64,000 nt of DNA from an uncultured Pseudomonadota bacterium (lineage in GTDB: Bacteria > Pseudomonadota > Alphaproteobacteria > JACZXZ01). The stretch spans positions 608,001-672,000 of the forward strand of contig CAVVLJ010000017.1 in assembly GCA_963749075.1 (NCBI GenBank). Direction: 5' to 3'. Under the pieces are notes generated by a model. That model was given only the letters and a program-made list of their open reading frames with translations, was not told the DNA's origin and did not search any database. Positions within the stretch are counted from its first letter, which is position 1, and every line of letters starts with the position of its first letter. Positions 20,240 through 29,170 of the stretch are shown one piece after another. A program made the position numbers and the translations under genes.

Positions 20240-20983
20240 TCAGCGGGTCACGACCAGCCGCTGGTAGAGTCCGCCGAAGAAGGACGTGTTGCGCAAAGCT
20301 TGGCCGGCCCAGGGATGCGGCAGGCAAGCCGCGAGGTCGCCGCGCCACAAGTCGGGCGCGAAGGGCTCGAGCACCGCCAGCACGGGAAGCCAGAGATAGC
20401 GCAACGGGTGCCAACGGCTCGGCCGGGCATAATCGACGACGAGGATGGTGCCGCCGGGCCTGACCACGCGGAACACCTCGCTGAGCGTGCGCCGGCGCAC
20501 CTCGGCGGGCTGCTCGTGCAGCAGAAAGAAGACCATGGCGCGGTCGTAACTGGCGTCGGGCAGACCGAGCTCGGCCGAATCCCTCGCCAGCAAGCGCACC
20601 GGAGCGTCCGCCGGCAGCTTCCGCCTGAGGTTCTCGAGCTGGATCGGCAGAATATCGACGATATCGAGCGCCCCGCCGCCGGCGGCGACCCGTTGGCTGA
20701 GCCGGCTCGTGAGATCGCCATAGACGCAGGCCACCTGCAACGTGCGGCCGGATAGCGAATCGCCCAATTCGGAGAGCGCCGCGTCGCGCAGGCGGCGATA
20801 ATTCCCCCACAGGATCAAATTGACCAGCCATTGGCGCTCGAAGAGGCGAACCGCCTTGGGATGGATATAGGCCCACCAATAATGGGCCTTGAGATAGTGC
20901 GGCACTCCGTCGCCGGCGCCCGTCGCCGGGAGCGTCGCCGAATCAGCAGGAGGAGCGATGCCGGAATGTGGGGTCATGCCCAA
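20240..20983 (-). CDS. rquA: Rhodoquinone biosynthesis protein (methyltransferase-like)
   Basis: VPHYLKAHYWWAYIHPKAVRLFERQWLVNLILWGNY, QVACVYG (degenerate SAM motif), FFLLHEQP, FFGGLYQ: RquA signature. Confidence 0.9.
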   Translation of the reverse strand: MGMTPHSGIAPPADSATLPATGAGDGVPHYLKAHYWWAYIHPKAVRLFERQWLVNLILWGNYRRLRDAALSELGDSLSGRTLQVACVYGDLTSRLSQRVAAGGGALDIVDILPIQLENLRRKLPADAPVRLLARDSAELGLPDASYDRAMVFFLLHEQPAEVRRRTLSEVFRVVRPGGTILVVDYARPSRWHPLRYLWLPVLAVLEPFAPDLWRGDLAACLPHPWAGQALRNTSFFGGLYQRLVVTR

Positions 20984-21175
20984 TTCATCTCCCTCTCAAA
21001 GCGGCCGCTCTGGCAGCGGCGGAAACTGCGATCGGCCGTCATTCCACCCGCCTCGCGCTGCATCTTCTGGACGACCGGGACATCGCCCGGTGCGTTCCTC
21101 GCTCCCTCGGAGGCCCGCTGAGCGGCGGACGAACCCGCCAAACATTAGCTTACGAATTTCAGCGGGCGTTCTGCT

Positions 21176-21189
21176 TTGATTTAGATCAG
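21176..21189. promoter_or_regulatory. FNR/FixK-type box (1 mismatch), rquA side
   Basis: TTGAT-TTAG-ATCAG in the rquA/hemA divergent intergenic region. Confidence 0.65.
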
Positions 21190-21274
21190 CCGCAGCTTAC
21201 CGAAGAAGCGCCTCGGACGCCGGGCTGTTTTGAGGCGCGGTTCCTGCTTGGCGGGTCCGTCGGCATCCAATAGA

Positions 21275-21288
21275 GTGATCTAGATCAA
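21275..21288. promoter_or_regulatory. FNR/FixK-type box (1 mismatch), hemA side
   Basis: GTGAT-CTAG-ATCAA upstream of hemA. Confidence 0.65.
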
Positions 21289-21421
21289 GCGGCACGGCGT
21301 CCGCGAAGGCTAGCATATCTCTCGTGGTGCGGCGATATGTTGCGTTTTCATGTGCAGCGGGCGGCCCCAAGCGCCGAAGATGCGCGGGTCCGGCTCCTGT
21401 TCCAGGATCGGGCGGGTGAAT

Positions 21422-22636
21422 ATGGACTATGAGCGCAGATTCCGCGACGTCCTCGGCTCGCTGCAGTCCGAAGGGCGTTACCGCGTCTTCGCCGATCTCG
21501 AGCGCCGGGCCGGCGACTTTCCGCACGCCCTGTGCCACGGAGCCGACGGCCGGACCCGCGAAATCGTGGTCTGGTGCAGCAACGACTATCTCGGCATGGG
21601 CCAGCACCCGCTCGTGATCGCCGCCATGAAGGAGGCCCTCGAGACCTGCGGTGCCGGCGCCGGGGGCACGCGCAACATCTCCGGCACCAACCATTACCAC
21701 GTGCTGCTCGAGCGCGAGCTCGCCGAGCTGCACGGCAAGGAGGCGGCCCTTCTCTTCACCTCGGGCTATATCTCCAACGAGGCGACGCTCTCGAGCCTGA
21801 GCCGGCTGCTCCCGGGCTGCATCGTCTTCTCGGACGAGCGCAACCACGCTTCGATGATCGAGGGTATCCGCCACGGCGGCTCCGAGAAGCGCATCTTCCG
21901 GCACAACGATCCCGCCGACCTGGAGCGCCTGCTTGCCGAGGCCGATGCGGCGGCGCCGAAGCTCGTCGCCTTCGAAAGCGTCTATTCGATGGACGGCGAC
22001 ATCGCCCCCATCGCCGAGCTCTGCGCTGCCGCCGAGCGCCACGGCGCCCTCGTCTATCTCGACGAGGTGCATGCGGTCGGGCTCTACGGCGAGCGCGGCG
22101 GCGGCATCTCGGAGCGCCAGCGCGTGGCGCAGCGGATTCCGGTGATCGAGGGCACGCTGGCCAAGGCCTTCGGCGTGATGGGCGGCTACATCGCCGGCTC
22201 GGCAGCACTCGTCGACGCGGTGCGCAGTCACGCCGCGGGCTTCATCTTTACGACCGCCCTGCCGCCGCACGTGGCTGCCGGGGCGCTCGCGAGCGTGCGC
22301 CACCTCAAGGGAAGCGGGCGCGAGCGCGCGCAGCACCAGGAGCGCGCCGCCGCGCTGAAGCGCCGGCTCGCCGAGGCCCGCCTCCCGCTCATGCCGACGG
22401 AGAGCCACATCGTGCCGCTGCTCGTGGGCGACGCGCGGCTCTGCAAATCGGCTTGCGACGAGCTCCTCGAGCGCCACGGCATCTACGTGCAGCCGATCAA
22501 TTACCCGACCGTGCCGCGGGGCACCGAGCGGCTGCGCCTGACGCCAAACCCGCTGCACACGGATGCGCACATGGACGCGCTCGTTGCGGCACTGGCCGAG
22601 GTGTGGAGGCGCTTCGGCTTGCAGCGCGCGGCCTAG
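21422..22636 (+). CDS. hemA: 5-aminolevulinate synthase
   Basis: [61 protein letters not shown]. Confidence 0.96.
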   Translation: MDYERRFRDVLGSLQSEGRYRVFADLERRAGDFPHALCHGADGRTREIVVWCSNDYLGMGQHPLVIAAMKEALETCGAGAGGTRNISGTNHYHVLLERELAELHGKEAALLFTSGYISNEATLSSLSRLLPGCIVFSDERNHASMIEGIRHGGSEKRIFRHNDPADLERLLAEADAAAPKLVAFESVYSMDGDIAPIAELCAAAERHGALVYLDEVHAVGLYGERGGGISERQRVAQRIPVIEGTLAKAFGVMGGYIAGSAALVDAVRSHAAGFIFTTALPPHVAAGALASVRHLKGSGRERAQHQERAAALKRRLAEARLPLMPTESHIVPLLVGDARLCKSACDELLERHGIYVQPINYPTVPRGTERLRLTPNPLHTDAHMDALVAALAEVWRRFGLQRAA

Positions 22637-22640
22637 CTCC

Positions 22641-23070
22641 GTGCTGAGCCAGAGGGTCGAACGCGCGCTGCCACGCTGCGAGCCCGAGCAGCTCTTCGAT
22701 CTCGCCGCCGACGTTCGAGCGCTATCCCGAGTTCCTGCGCTGGTGGATCGCGGCGCGCATCCGCAAGCGCGAGGCCGATGTCTACTACACCGACCAGATC
22801 CTCGGCCTCGGCCCCATCCGCCTAAGGTTCGGCTCCAAGACGGTCCTGCGCCGGCCGCAGCGCATCGAGGTGAGCTCGGACGAGGGACCGTTCCGGCGCT
22901 TCGGCCTCATCTGGACCTTCGAGCCGCAGCCGCGCGCCGGCTGCCGGGTGAGCCTCGCCGCCGAGCTCGAGCTGCGCTCCGCTCTCCTGCAACGCGTCGT
23001 CGACCGCGTCCTGCCGGTTGCCGTAGCCGATATCATCGCTGCCTTCGAAGCGCGCGCCCGCGGACTCTGA
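22641..23070 (+). CDS. Coq10/RatA(PasT) START-domain quinone-binding protein; +1 indel near 22714
   Basis: Reconstructed EPEQLFDLAADVERYPEFLRWW...SSDEGPFRRF...W.FEP...IIAAFEARARGL. Confidence 0.75.
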
Positions 23071-23128
23071 GTGCGCGCGGAAGCTTGCTCGCCTTGACAT
23101 GTGGATCACATGCATTCATGTTTTTCAC

Positions 23129-23359
23129 ATGTCCGTGATGATCCAAATTAGAAACGTGCCGGATGCCCTGCACCGCCAGCTCAAATCGCGTGCGGCGCTG
23201 GCGGGCATGTCGCTTTCCGATTACCTGCTCGGCGAGATTCGCCGGGTGGCCGAGCGGCCGACGCTCGACGAGCTGCGAGCGCGTTTGGAGCGCCGCTCGG
23301 GGATGACCCCTTCCGTGGCGCCGGCTAAGGCGGTCCGCGCCGAACGCGACCGCCGATGA
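23129..23359 (+). CDS. FitA/VapB-like ribbon-helix-helix antitoxin
   Basis: IQIRNVPDALHRQLKSRAALAGMSLSDYL; overlaps the toxin start; palindrome CATGTG-GAT-CACATG upstream. Confidence 0.85.
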   Translation: MSVMIQIRNVPDALHRQLKSRAALAGMSLSDYLLGEIRRVAERPTLDELRARLERRSGMTPSVAPAKAVRAERDRR

Positions 23360-23748
23360 TCGTCGTCGACGCTTCGGCCCTGCTCGAAGTGCTCCTTCGC
23401 ACGCCAACGGCAAAAGCGGTGGAAAGGCGGCTGTTCGAGGCTCGCCGGACGCTGCACGTGCCACATTTGCTCGACGTGGAGGTGGCACAGGTGATCCGCC
23501 GGTACGCGGCAAACGGCGAGATCGACAGCGAACGCGGCCGCGGGGCTCTCGCCGACCTGGCGGACCTTCCCTTGCACCGGTATCCGCACGACTTCCTTTT
23601 GCCGCGCGTTTGGGAATTGCGGAACATTCTCACGGCCTATGACGCCGTCTACGTCGCCCTTGCCGAAGTGCTCGACGCTCCGCTCCTCACGCGCGACCGA
23701 GCCCTCGCCGCCGCGGCCGGCCATCATGCGCGGGTCGAGCTGGTGTGA
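23356..23748 (+). CDS. vapC: VapC-family PIN-domain toxin
   Basis: MIVVDASAL, EVAQV, TAYDAVYVALAE, LLTRD. Confidence 0.9.
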   Translation: MIVVDASALLEVLLRTPTAKAVERRLFEARRTLHVPHLLDVEVAQVIRRYAANGEIDSERGRGALADLADLPLHRYPHDFLLPRVWELRNILTAYDAVYVALAEVLDAPLLTRDRALAAAAGHHARVELV

Positions 23749-23985
23749 AAGCCTCCCGATCCGCGGAGCGCCGCACTCGGAAGCAGCGCTTCTTCGAACG
23801 GCCGACAGCGCTGGAATGGCCCGGCGGGCCGTGGCGTAGGTTTGGCCTGCCACCCGAAGCCCCGGAGGGGCGAAGGGTGGCGGGCCACGACCGACGATGT
23901 GAGCGCTACGTCTACGCCATCTGAGAGTTTCCGGTTGTGCCTCGTACTAAGGAGTGGTACATAGGTTCATTTGCCGAGCAGCCGA

Positions 23986-24282
23986 ATGATCGTTAGCTTT
24001 CGGGACGAGTGGCTCCGCGCCTTATTCGTAGAGGACACGCGGTCGCGGCACATCCCGTCCGACCTCGAAAGCCGGCTCTTCCGCAAGCTCCAGATGATTG
24101 ACGACGCGACGACCGATCAGGACTTGCGGGTGCCGCCCGGCAATCACTTCGAGAAGCTGCGCGGCAATCTGTCGGGCTTCCACTCGATCCGCGTCAGCAG
24201 CCAATGGCGGCTGGTCTTCCGCTGGGACGGCAGCCAGGGCGAAGCAGAAGACGTCTATCTCGACGATCACAGCTACAGATGA
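23986..24282 (+). CDS. higB: HigB/RelE-family toxin
   Basis: DLRVPPGNHFEKLRGNLSGFHSIRVSSQWRLVFRW...DDHSY; toxin-first gene order. Confidence 0.9.
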   Translation: MIVSFRDEWLRALFVEDTRSRHIPSDLESRLFRKLQMIDDATTDQDLRVPPGNHFEKLRGNLSGFHSIRVSSQWRLVFRWDGSQGEAEDVYLDDHSYR

Positions 24283-24290
24283 GGCGACCC

Positions 24291-24599
24291 ATGCTGACGA
24301 CGAAGCGCAAGCCGGCCACGGTCGGCGAGATTCTGATCGAGGAGTTCATGCAGCCGATGGGACTGACGCAGGCTGCTCTGGCCGAGGCGATGGGCGTTCA
24401 GCGCAAGCACGTCAACGAGCTGTGCAATAACCGCCGGAACGTGACGGCGGCGACGGCGCTTATCCTCGCCCGCGTCTTCGGCAACAGCCCGGATTTCTGG
24501 CTCAATGTGCAGCGCCGGAGCGATCTGTGGGACGCGATGAACAGTCCGCGCGCGCGCGCGCGGATCGAACGCGCGAAGCCATTGGGTGCGGCAGCGTGA
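24291..24599 (+). CDS. higA: HigA-family HTH antitoxin
   Basis: GEILIEEFMQPMGLTQAALAEAMGV, FGNSPDFWLNVQ. Confidence 0.9.
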   Translation: MLTTKRKPATVGEILIEEFMQPMGLTQAALAEAMGVQRKHVNELCNNRRNVTAATALILARVFGNSPDFWLNVQRRSDLWDAMNSPRARARIERAKPLGAAA

Positions 24600-24630
24600 T
24601 CCCAACGGCCGGTACGGACATGCTCAGAAC

Positions 24631-24723
24631 TGGCGGAGCGAGAGGGATTCGAACCCTCGATACGGGTTAACCCCGTATGACGGTTTAGCAAACCGTTGGT
24701 TTCAGCCACTCACCCATCGCTCC
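24631..24723 (-). tRNA. tRNA-Ser(GCT)
   Basis: GGAGCGATGGGTGAGTGGCTGAAACCAACGGTTTGCTAAACCGT...GGTTCGAATCCC...CTCCGCCA; long variable arm, encoded CCA. Confidence 0.97.
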
Positions 24724-24783
24724 TGGCCGCCGGGAAACTATTGAATTACGGCGGCCTGCGCAAGCGCCCTCGGCCAGGGCCGA

Positions 24784-25443
24784 TCACGCCTCGGCCGGCT
24801 TGCGGTAGCGGAGGATGCAGGCGTAGTCGCGGACGACCGGGGTGATGGCGAGCAGGCCGTGCTCGCGCGCGGCGACGGTCTCGAGGTAGTGGGCGAGCCC
24901 GGCGCGCGGGGTCACCTCGAAGAGGGCGAGCCAGCGGCGCAAGAGCGCCCGGAACCAGCGCGGCAGGCCGCGCTGCTCGGAGAAATCGACCACCGCCAGG
25001 GTGCCGTCCGGGGCGAGGGCGGCGAGCGCGCGCTCGAGCGCGCGCTCCCAGCCCGGCATCATCGAGAGCGCGTAGGAGAAGAGCACCGCGTCGAAGGGGC
25101 CCTCGAGGCCGAAGGTCGCCGCTGGGTCGAGCTCCTCGGCAAGCGCCCGGCGGATGCGGATGCGCCCCTCGAGGCCGTGGCGGCGGATCTTGGCCTCCGC
25201 ACTCTTGAGCATCTCCGCCGAGGCATCGATGCCGTAGACGGCGGCGCTGGGATAGCGGCGCGCGAGCACCACGAGATTGCGCCCGGTGCCGCAGCCGACC
25301 TCGCAGACGCGCGCCCCGTCGGCGAGCGGGAGCCCCGCAATCAGCCGGTCGCGGCCGAGAAGGTAGAATTTGCGCGAGAGGTCGTAGATGTGCCGCTGGC
25401 GGCGGTACATGCGGTCCATGCGCTCAGCAGCCCCGCCGCTCAA
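24784..25443 (-). CDS. btaB: Betaine lipid N-methyltransferase; start TTG 25443 or ATG 25419
   Basis: MDRMYRRQRHIYDLSRKFYLLGRDRLI, EVGCGTGRNL, FSYALSM; directly after btaA. Confidence 0.88.
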   Translation of the reverse strand: MSGGAAERMDRMYRRQRHIYDLSRKFYLLGRDRLIAGLPLADGARVCEVGCGTGRNLVVLARRYPSAAVYGIDASAEMLKSAEAKIRRHGLEGRIRIRRALAEELDPAATFGLEGPFDAVLFSYALSMMPGWERALERALAALAPDGTLAVVDFSEQRGLPRWFRALLRRWLALFEVTPRAGLAHYLETVAAREHGLLAITPVVRDYACILRYRKPAEA

Positions 25444-25447
25444 GGGC

Positions 25448-26662
25448 TCAGCCCTCCCGCGCATAGATGTGGAAGCCGCCGTAGATCGCCGAGCGGTCGC
25501 GGCGGAAGAGGGCTGCGGCATGCTCGCGCGCGGCATGCCAGGTGGCGAGGAACTCGGCCGGCAAGGCTGCCTCGAGCGGCGAGGCGCTGCCCGCGGTGCG
25601 GAAGATGGCGAGCGCCCGGGGGCGCGCGGTGCGCTCGATCTCGCGCCAGAGGAGACGCAGCTGCTCCGGCCCCATCCAGTCCTGGGCATCGAGCAGCACG
25701 TAGCGGTCGACGCTGCCGGCGGGCTCGCGCGCGAGGAGGTCGGTGAGCGACGCGAGCTCGGTGCGCACGCGGCCGGCGCGCTCGGCGATGACCGGGAAGG
25801 AGGCGGGCCTCAGGTAGTCCGGCACGGGACCGCGCGCGGCGATGCCGTAGCGGCGGCCGAACGCCTGCCAGGCGAAATAATTCTCCTCGATGGGGAACTC
25901 GCAGGCGAGGCGCCGCAGCCGCTCGCAATAGAGCTGGGCCAGGTCGCCCATGGCATCCTCGCGCAGTGCCGCGAACTGGCGCGGCGGGATGCCCAGGCTG
26001 TAGAGCACGGTGGGGATGCGGCAGAGTGCGCGGATGGCTGCCGAGTCGAAGACGGGCGCCACCCATTCGTCGAAGAGGCGCACCTGCTCCTCGAGGCTGG
26101 TGGCCCCGAGCATGCGCGAGGGATCGCCGCCCGAGAGCCGTGCCAAGCCGTGGAGGAAGCCGATGAAGTGCGCCTGCACGCCGTGCCGGTAGAGACCGCT
26201 CGCGAAATAGCCGAGCCGGCGGCGGCCGAAGGGCGAGCGCCCTTCCCAGAAGGCGCGCGTCTCGTCGTCGAGATGGGGCTGGAGGTGGCGCCGGTAGATG
26301 TCCCACGCCGCCGGGTCGGTGCCCTCGCCGAAGAGGCGGTAGAACGTGCCGTGGTCGGGCAGGTGCCGCGCCGCCGCGAGCTTGAGCCGCGTGAGGGCAA
26401 GATGGGCGGGATTGAGATCGACCGCAATGATCTCGCGCGGATCGGCGAGGAGATAGTTGAGCACGTTGCAGCCGCCCGACGCGATGGTGACGACGCGGCA
26501 GGAGGCATCGAGGCTGAGTGCCGCGAGATCGACCGCCGGGTCTTCCCAGATCTGGTTGTAGACGAGCCGGCCGAACCAGAAGGCGAAGAGGCGCTCGAGC
26601 AGGCCCTTGCTGGTGTCGGAGCGGCCCTCGAAGACCGCCTCCTTGAGGAGTGCCGTGGTCAT
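25448..26662 (-). CDS. btaA: Betaine lipid 3-amino-3-carboxypropyl transferase (DUF3419)
   Basis: LVYNQIWEDP, IASGGCN, ENYFAWQAFGRRY, LLDAQDWM, DRSAIYGGFH. Confidence 0.92.
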   Translation of the reverse strand: MTTALLKEAVFEGRSDTSKGLLERLFAFWFGRLVYNQIWEDPAVDLAALSLDASCRVVTIASGGCNVLNYLLADPREIIAVDLNPAHLALTRLKLAAARHLPDHGTFYRLFGEGTDPAAWDIYRRHLQPHLDDETRAFWEGRSPFGRRRLGYFASGLYRHGVQAHFIGFLHGLARLSGGDPSRMLGATSLEEQVRLFDEWVAPVFDSAAIRALCRIPTVLYSLGIPPRQFAALREDAMGDLAQLYCERLRRLACEFPIEENYFAWQAFGRRYGIAARGPVPDYLRPASFPVIAERAGRVRTELASLTDLLAREPAGSVDRYVLLDAQDWMGPEQLRLLWREIERTARPRALAIFRTAGSASPLEAALPAEFLATWHAAREHAAALFRRDRSAIYGGFHIYAREG

Positions 26663-27732
26663 GGGCGGCGCGATCCTTCCGCAGCATTGAGTGGCTCGGC
26701 GCCGCCACCCTCTGCCGCAGCGCACGGCCGCGAGAGTGCCGCGGCGCCGATGTTGCCGAGGAACTGCTCGGTGGCGGCAGCCCAGGAGAAGGAGAGCGCG
26801 TGGGCGCGGCACGCCTCGGGGGCAATGCCGCGCGCCGCCTCGACCGCCGCCCCCAGGTCCTCGGAAAGCGCACCCGTGCCGCTCGTCCCGATCACGTCGA
26901 GGGGGCCGGTGACCGGAAAGGCGGCGACGGGAAGGCCGCTCGCCAGCGCCTCGAGGAGGACGAGGCCGAAGGTGTCCGAGCGGCTCGGGAAGACGAACAC
27001 GTCGGCCGCGGCATAGCAGGCGGCGAGCGTCGCGTCGTCGACGAAGCCGGTGTAGCGCGCGTTCGCGTACTTCGCCTTGAGCCTGGCGAGCTGCGGGCCG
27101 GCGCCGACCACGTATTTCGTGCCCGGGAGGTCGAGGCGGAGGAAAGCCTCGATGTTCTTCTCGACGGCGATGCGACCGGCATAGAGGTGGATGGGACGGG
27201 GCCCTGCCAGGAAATCCCTGGCATGCGGGCGGAAGAGCGTGCCGTCGACGCCGCGCGACCAGAGGGCGAGGTTGACGAAACCGCGCTCGGCCAGGCGCCG
27301 CGTCAGCGTCTCGGTCGGCACCATCACGGCGCGCGCGGGTGCGTGGAAGCGGCGCATGAAGGCGTAGCCGGGCCCGCGCGTGAAGGGAAAGCGCGCCTCG
27401 AGGTACTCGGGGAAGGCGGTGTGATAGGCGGTGGTGAAGGGGATCGAGCACCTGAGGCAATGGCGGCGCGCCGCCATGCCGAGCGGCCCCTCGGTCACGA
27501 TATGCACGGCATCGGGCGAAGCGGCATCGATGCGGCGCGCGACCCGGCGGGCGGGCAGCACCGCCAGGCGGATCTCCGGGTAGCTCGGGCAGGGAACGGT
27601 GCGAAAGCCGTCGGGCGAGATGACCTCGGTCTGGTGGCCGAAGAGCTCAAGGTGGCGAATGGTCTCCTTGAGCGTGCGCACCACCCCGTTCACTTGCGGC
27701 GGCCAGGCGTCGCTGATGAGCAGGATCCTCAC
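26659..27732 (-). CDS. GT4 glycosyltransferase, Agt-like glycolipid synthase
   Basis: RILLISDAWPPQVNGVVRTL, TEGPLG, AYHTAFPEY, GRIAVEKN, FPSRSDTFGLVLLEALASG; stop overlaps the btaA start. Confidence 0.85.
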   Translation of the reverse strand: MRILLISDAWPPQVNGVVRTLKETIRHLELFGHQTEVISPDGFRTVPCPSYPEIRLAVLPARRVARRIDAASPDAVHIVTEGPLGMAARRHCLRCSIPFTTAYHTAFPEYLEARFPFTRGPGYAFMRRFHAPARAVMVPTETLTRRLAERGFVNLALWSRGVDGTLFRPHARDFLAGPRPIHLYAGRIAVEKNIEAFLRLDLPGTKYVVGAGPQLARLKAKYANARYTGFVDDATLAACYAAADVFVFPSRSDTFGLVLLEALASGLPVAAFPVTGPLDVIGTSGTGALSEDLGAAVEAARGIAPEACRAHALSFSWAAATEQFLGNIGAAALSRPCAAAEGGGAEPLNAAEGSRRP

Positions 27733-27827
27733 CCTCGCCACCGCTCGAGGAGATCTGGGAAACGCGACAAGTCGAACACTGCCATCCACAAGATGTTGTG
27801 GTGCTAGCGATTCGATACATCAAAATG

Positions 27828-27845
27828 GTGAAGGATTGATGACGG
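27828..27845 (-). promoter_or_regulatory. Putative Pho box
   Basis: Minus strand CCGTCAT-CAAT-CCTTCAC, a 7-4-7 direct repeat resembling CTGTCAT-N4-CTGTCAC, upstream of the P-free lipid genes. Confidence 0.6.
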
Positions 27846-28053
27846 TGGGGAGGCGATGTTCTCGCTACACGGTCGATCGCTTCAGAAGCTCCTCGCGCCG
27901 CTGCCCTTCCGGCATGAGGCGGCGCAGCAGTCGAAGAAGCCGCGGCGAGCAATTCGGGTGCAACGACGCAGCAGAGCTCGGCCGAGTTCCGGAGAACCGC
28001 GTCGGCTCTGGAAGGGGGTAATGCTGCAAAAAGGGGGCAATCAATGGACTCTA

Positions 28054-29154
28054 TTACCCCTTTTTTCCCGCCGTTCCCTCATTTCGGGATGTCGCGACCT
28101 TCCGCCAGCGGACGCCGCGGCCACTGCCCACGGTCTGGAGGCGGCCGGCGTCCCGTTCGCTCCGCAGCACATGACGAAGCATGTCGACACCGACGCTGGG
28201 GCAGCGCCGATGCAGTTCGGAGGCCGAGAACGCGCCGATCATCTGCCCGATGGCCTGGAGCACGAGCCTGGTTTTCATCCCGCGCCCGTCGCGCAACTCG
28301 CCCAGGTCGCGCGCGAACTCGTCATAGGCCGCGCGCAGCACCCCGAGGAAATAGCCGACCCAGGGCATGGGATCGTGCGCGCTTTCGTGCCAGCCTTGGG
28401 AGGCCCGATAGAGCGTGTCGTAATAGCCTTCCCTGCTCGCTTCGATCAGCCGCTCGAGCGAGATGTAGCGAGCGACCTCGTAATCCTCGCGATAAAGAAG
28501 CAGCACGGTGATGAGGCGCGCCATGCGTCCGTTGCCGTCCGAAAAAGGATGGATGCAAAGGAAATCGAGCACATAAAGCGCCGTGAGGATCAAAGGGTCT
28601 ATGCCGCTGGCGCCCGCCGCCGCAAACGCGCGATGCAGCGCGTCCATGGCCTCGGGAGTCCGCCACGCCGGCGTCGGCGCGAAGCGCACGAAGGTGGAGC
28701 CATCGGGGCGCTTCTCTGTGATGAGGTTGTCCGTGGCCTTCCACTGTCCAGGGGCGCCGGCGCCCGAAAACTTGAAGAGATCGCGATGGAGCTGCAGCAC
28801 GAGGTTGGGCGTGATCTCCATATACTCGTGCCGCTCGTGAATAAGCTGCAGCACATTGCGATAGCCCGCGATTTCGCCCTCGGGGCGGTTTCCGGCCCGC
28901 GGTTCCGCATTCCGGCGCACGAGAAGCTCGATGGCGGTGCGCGGCAGCGTTACGCCTTCGAGGCGATTCGAGGATTCCGTACTCTCGACGATGGCGACTT
29001 GGCGGAGGTACTCCAAGACCTCCGGAGCGCGCTCCTTGAACAAATCCTGCTTTCCCTTGCCCTCGCCGATGGCGCGCATCGCCGTCGCGAGGGCGTGCGT
29101 CAAACGGAGATTATCAATGATGGCAGGAACGAAGGAGCTCACATACGCCCCCAA
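28054..29154 (-). CDS. Fic-domain protein
   Basis: HPFSDGNGRMARL catalytic motif; STESSNRLEG inhibitory-helix-like motif. Confidence 0.92.
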   Translation of the reverse strand: MGAYVSSFVPAIIDNLRLTHALATAMRAIGEGKGKQDLFKERAPEVLEYLRQVAIVESTESSNRLEGVTLPRTAIELLVRRNAEPRAGNRPEGEIAGYRNVLQLIHERHEYMEITPNLVLQLHRDLFKFSGAGAPGQWKATDNLITEKRPDGSTFVRFAPTPAWRTPEAMDALHRAFAAAGASGIDPLILTALYVLDFLCIHPFSDGNGRMARLITVLLLYREDYEVARYISLERLIEASREGYYDTLYRASQGWHESAHDPMPWVGYFLGVLRAAYDEFARDLGELRDGRGMKTRLVLQAIGQMIGAFSASELHRRCPSVGVDMLRHVLRSERDAGRLQTVGSGRGVRWRKVATSRNEGTAGKKG

Positions 29155-29170
29155 GCCGCCCGGTTTAGCC

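Noticed and set aside
22641-23070. RatA as a third toxin in the TA stack
   Set aside because: No RatB partner, and coupling to hemA near rquA fits a quinone-binding role better.
23850-23885. Possible att duplicate of the tRNA-Ser 3' end (TGGCGG after a hairpin)
   Set aside because: Only about 6 bp match, which is not significant.
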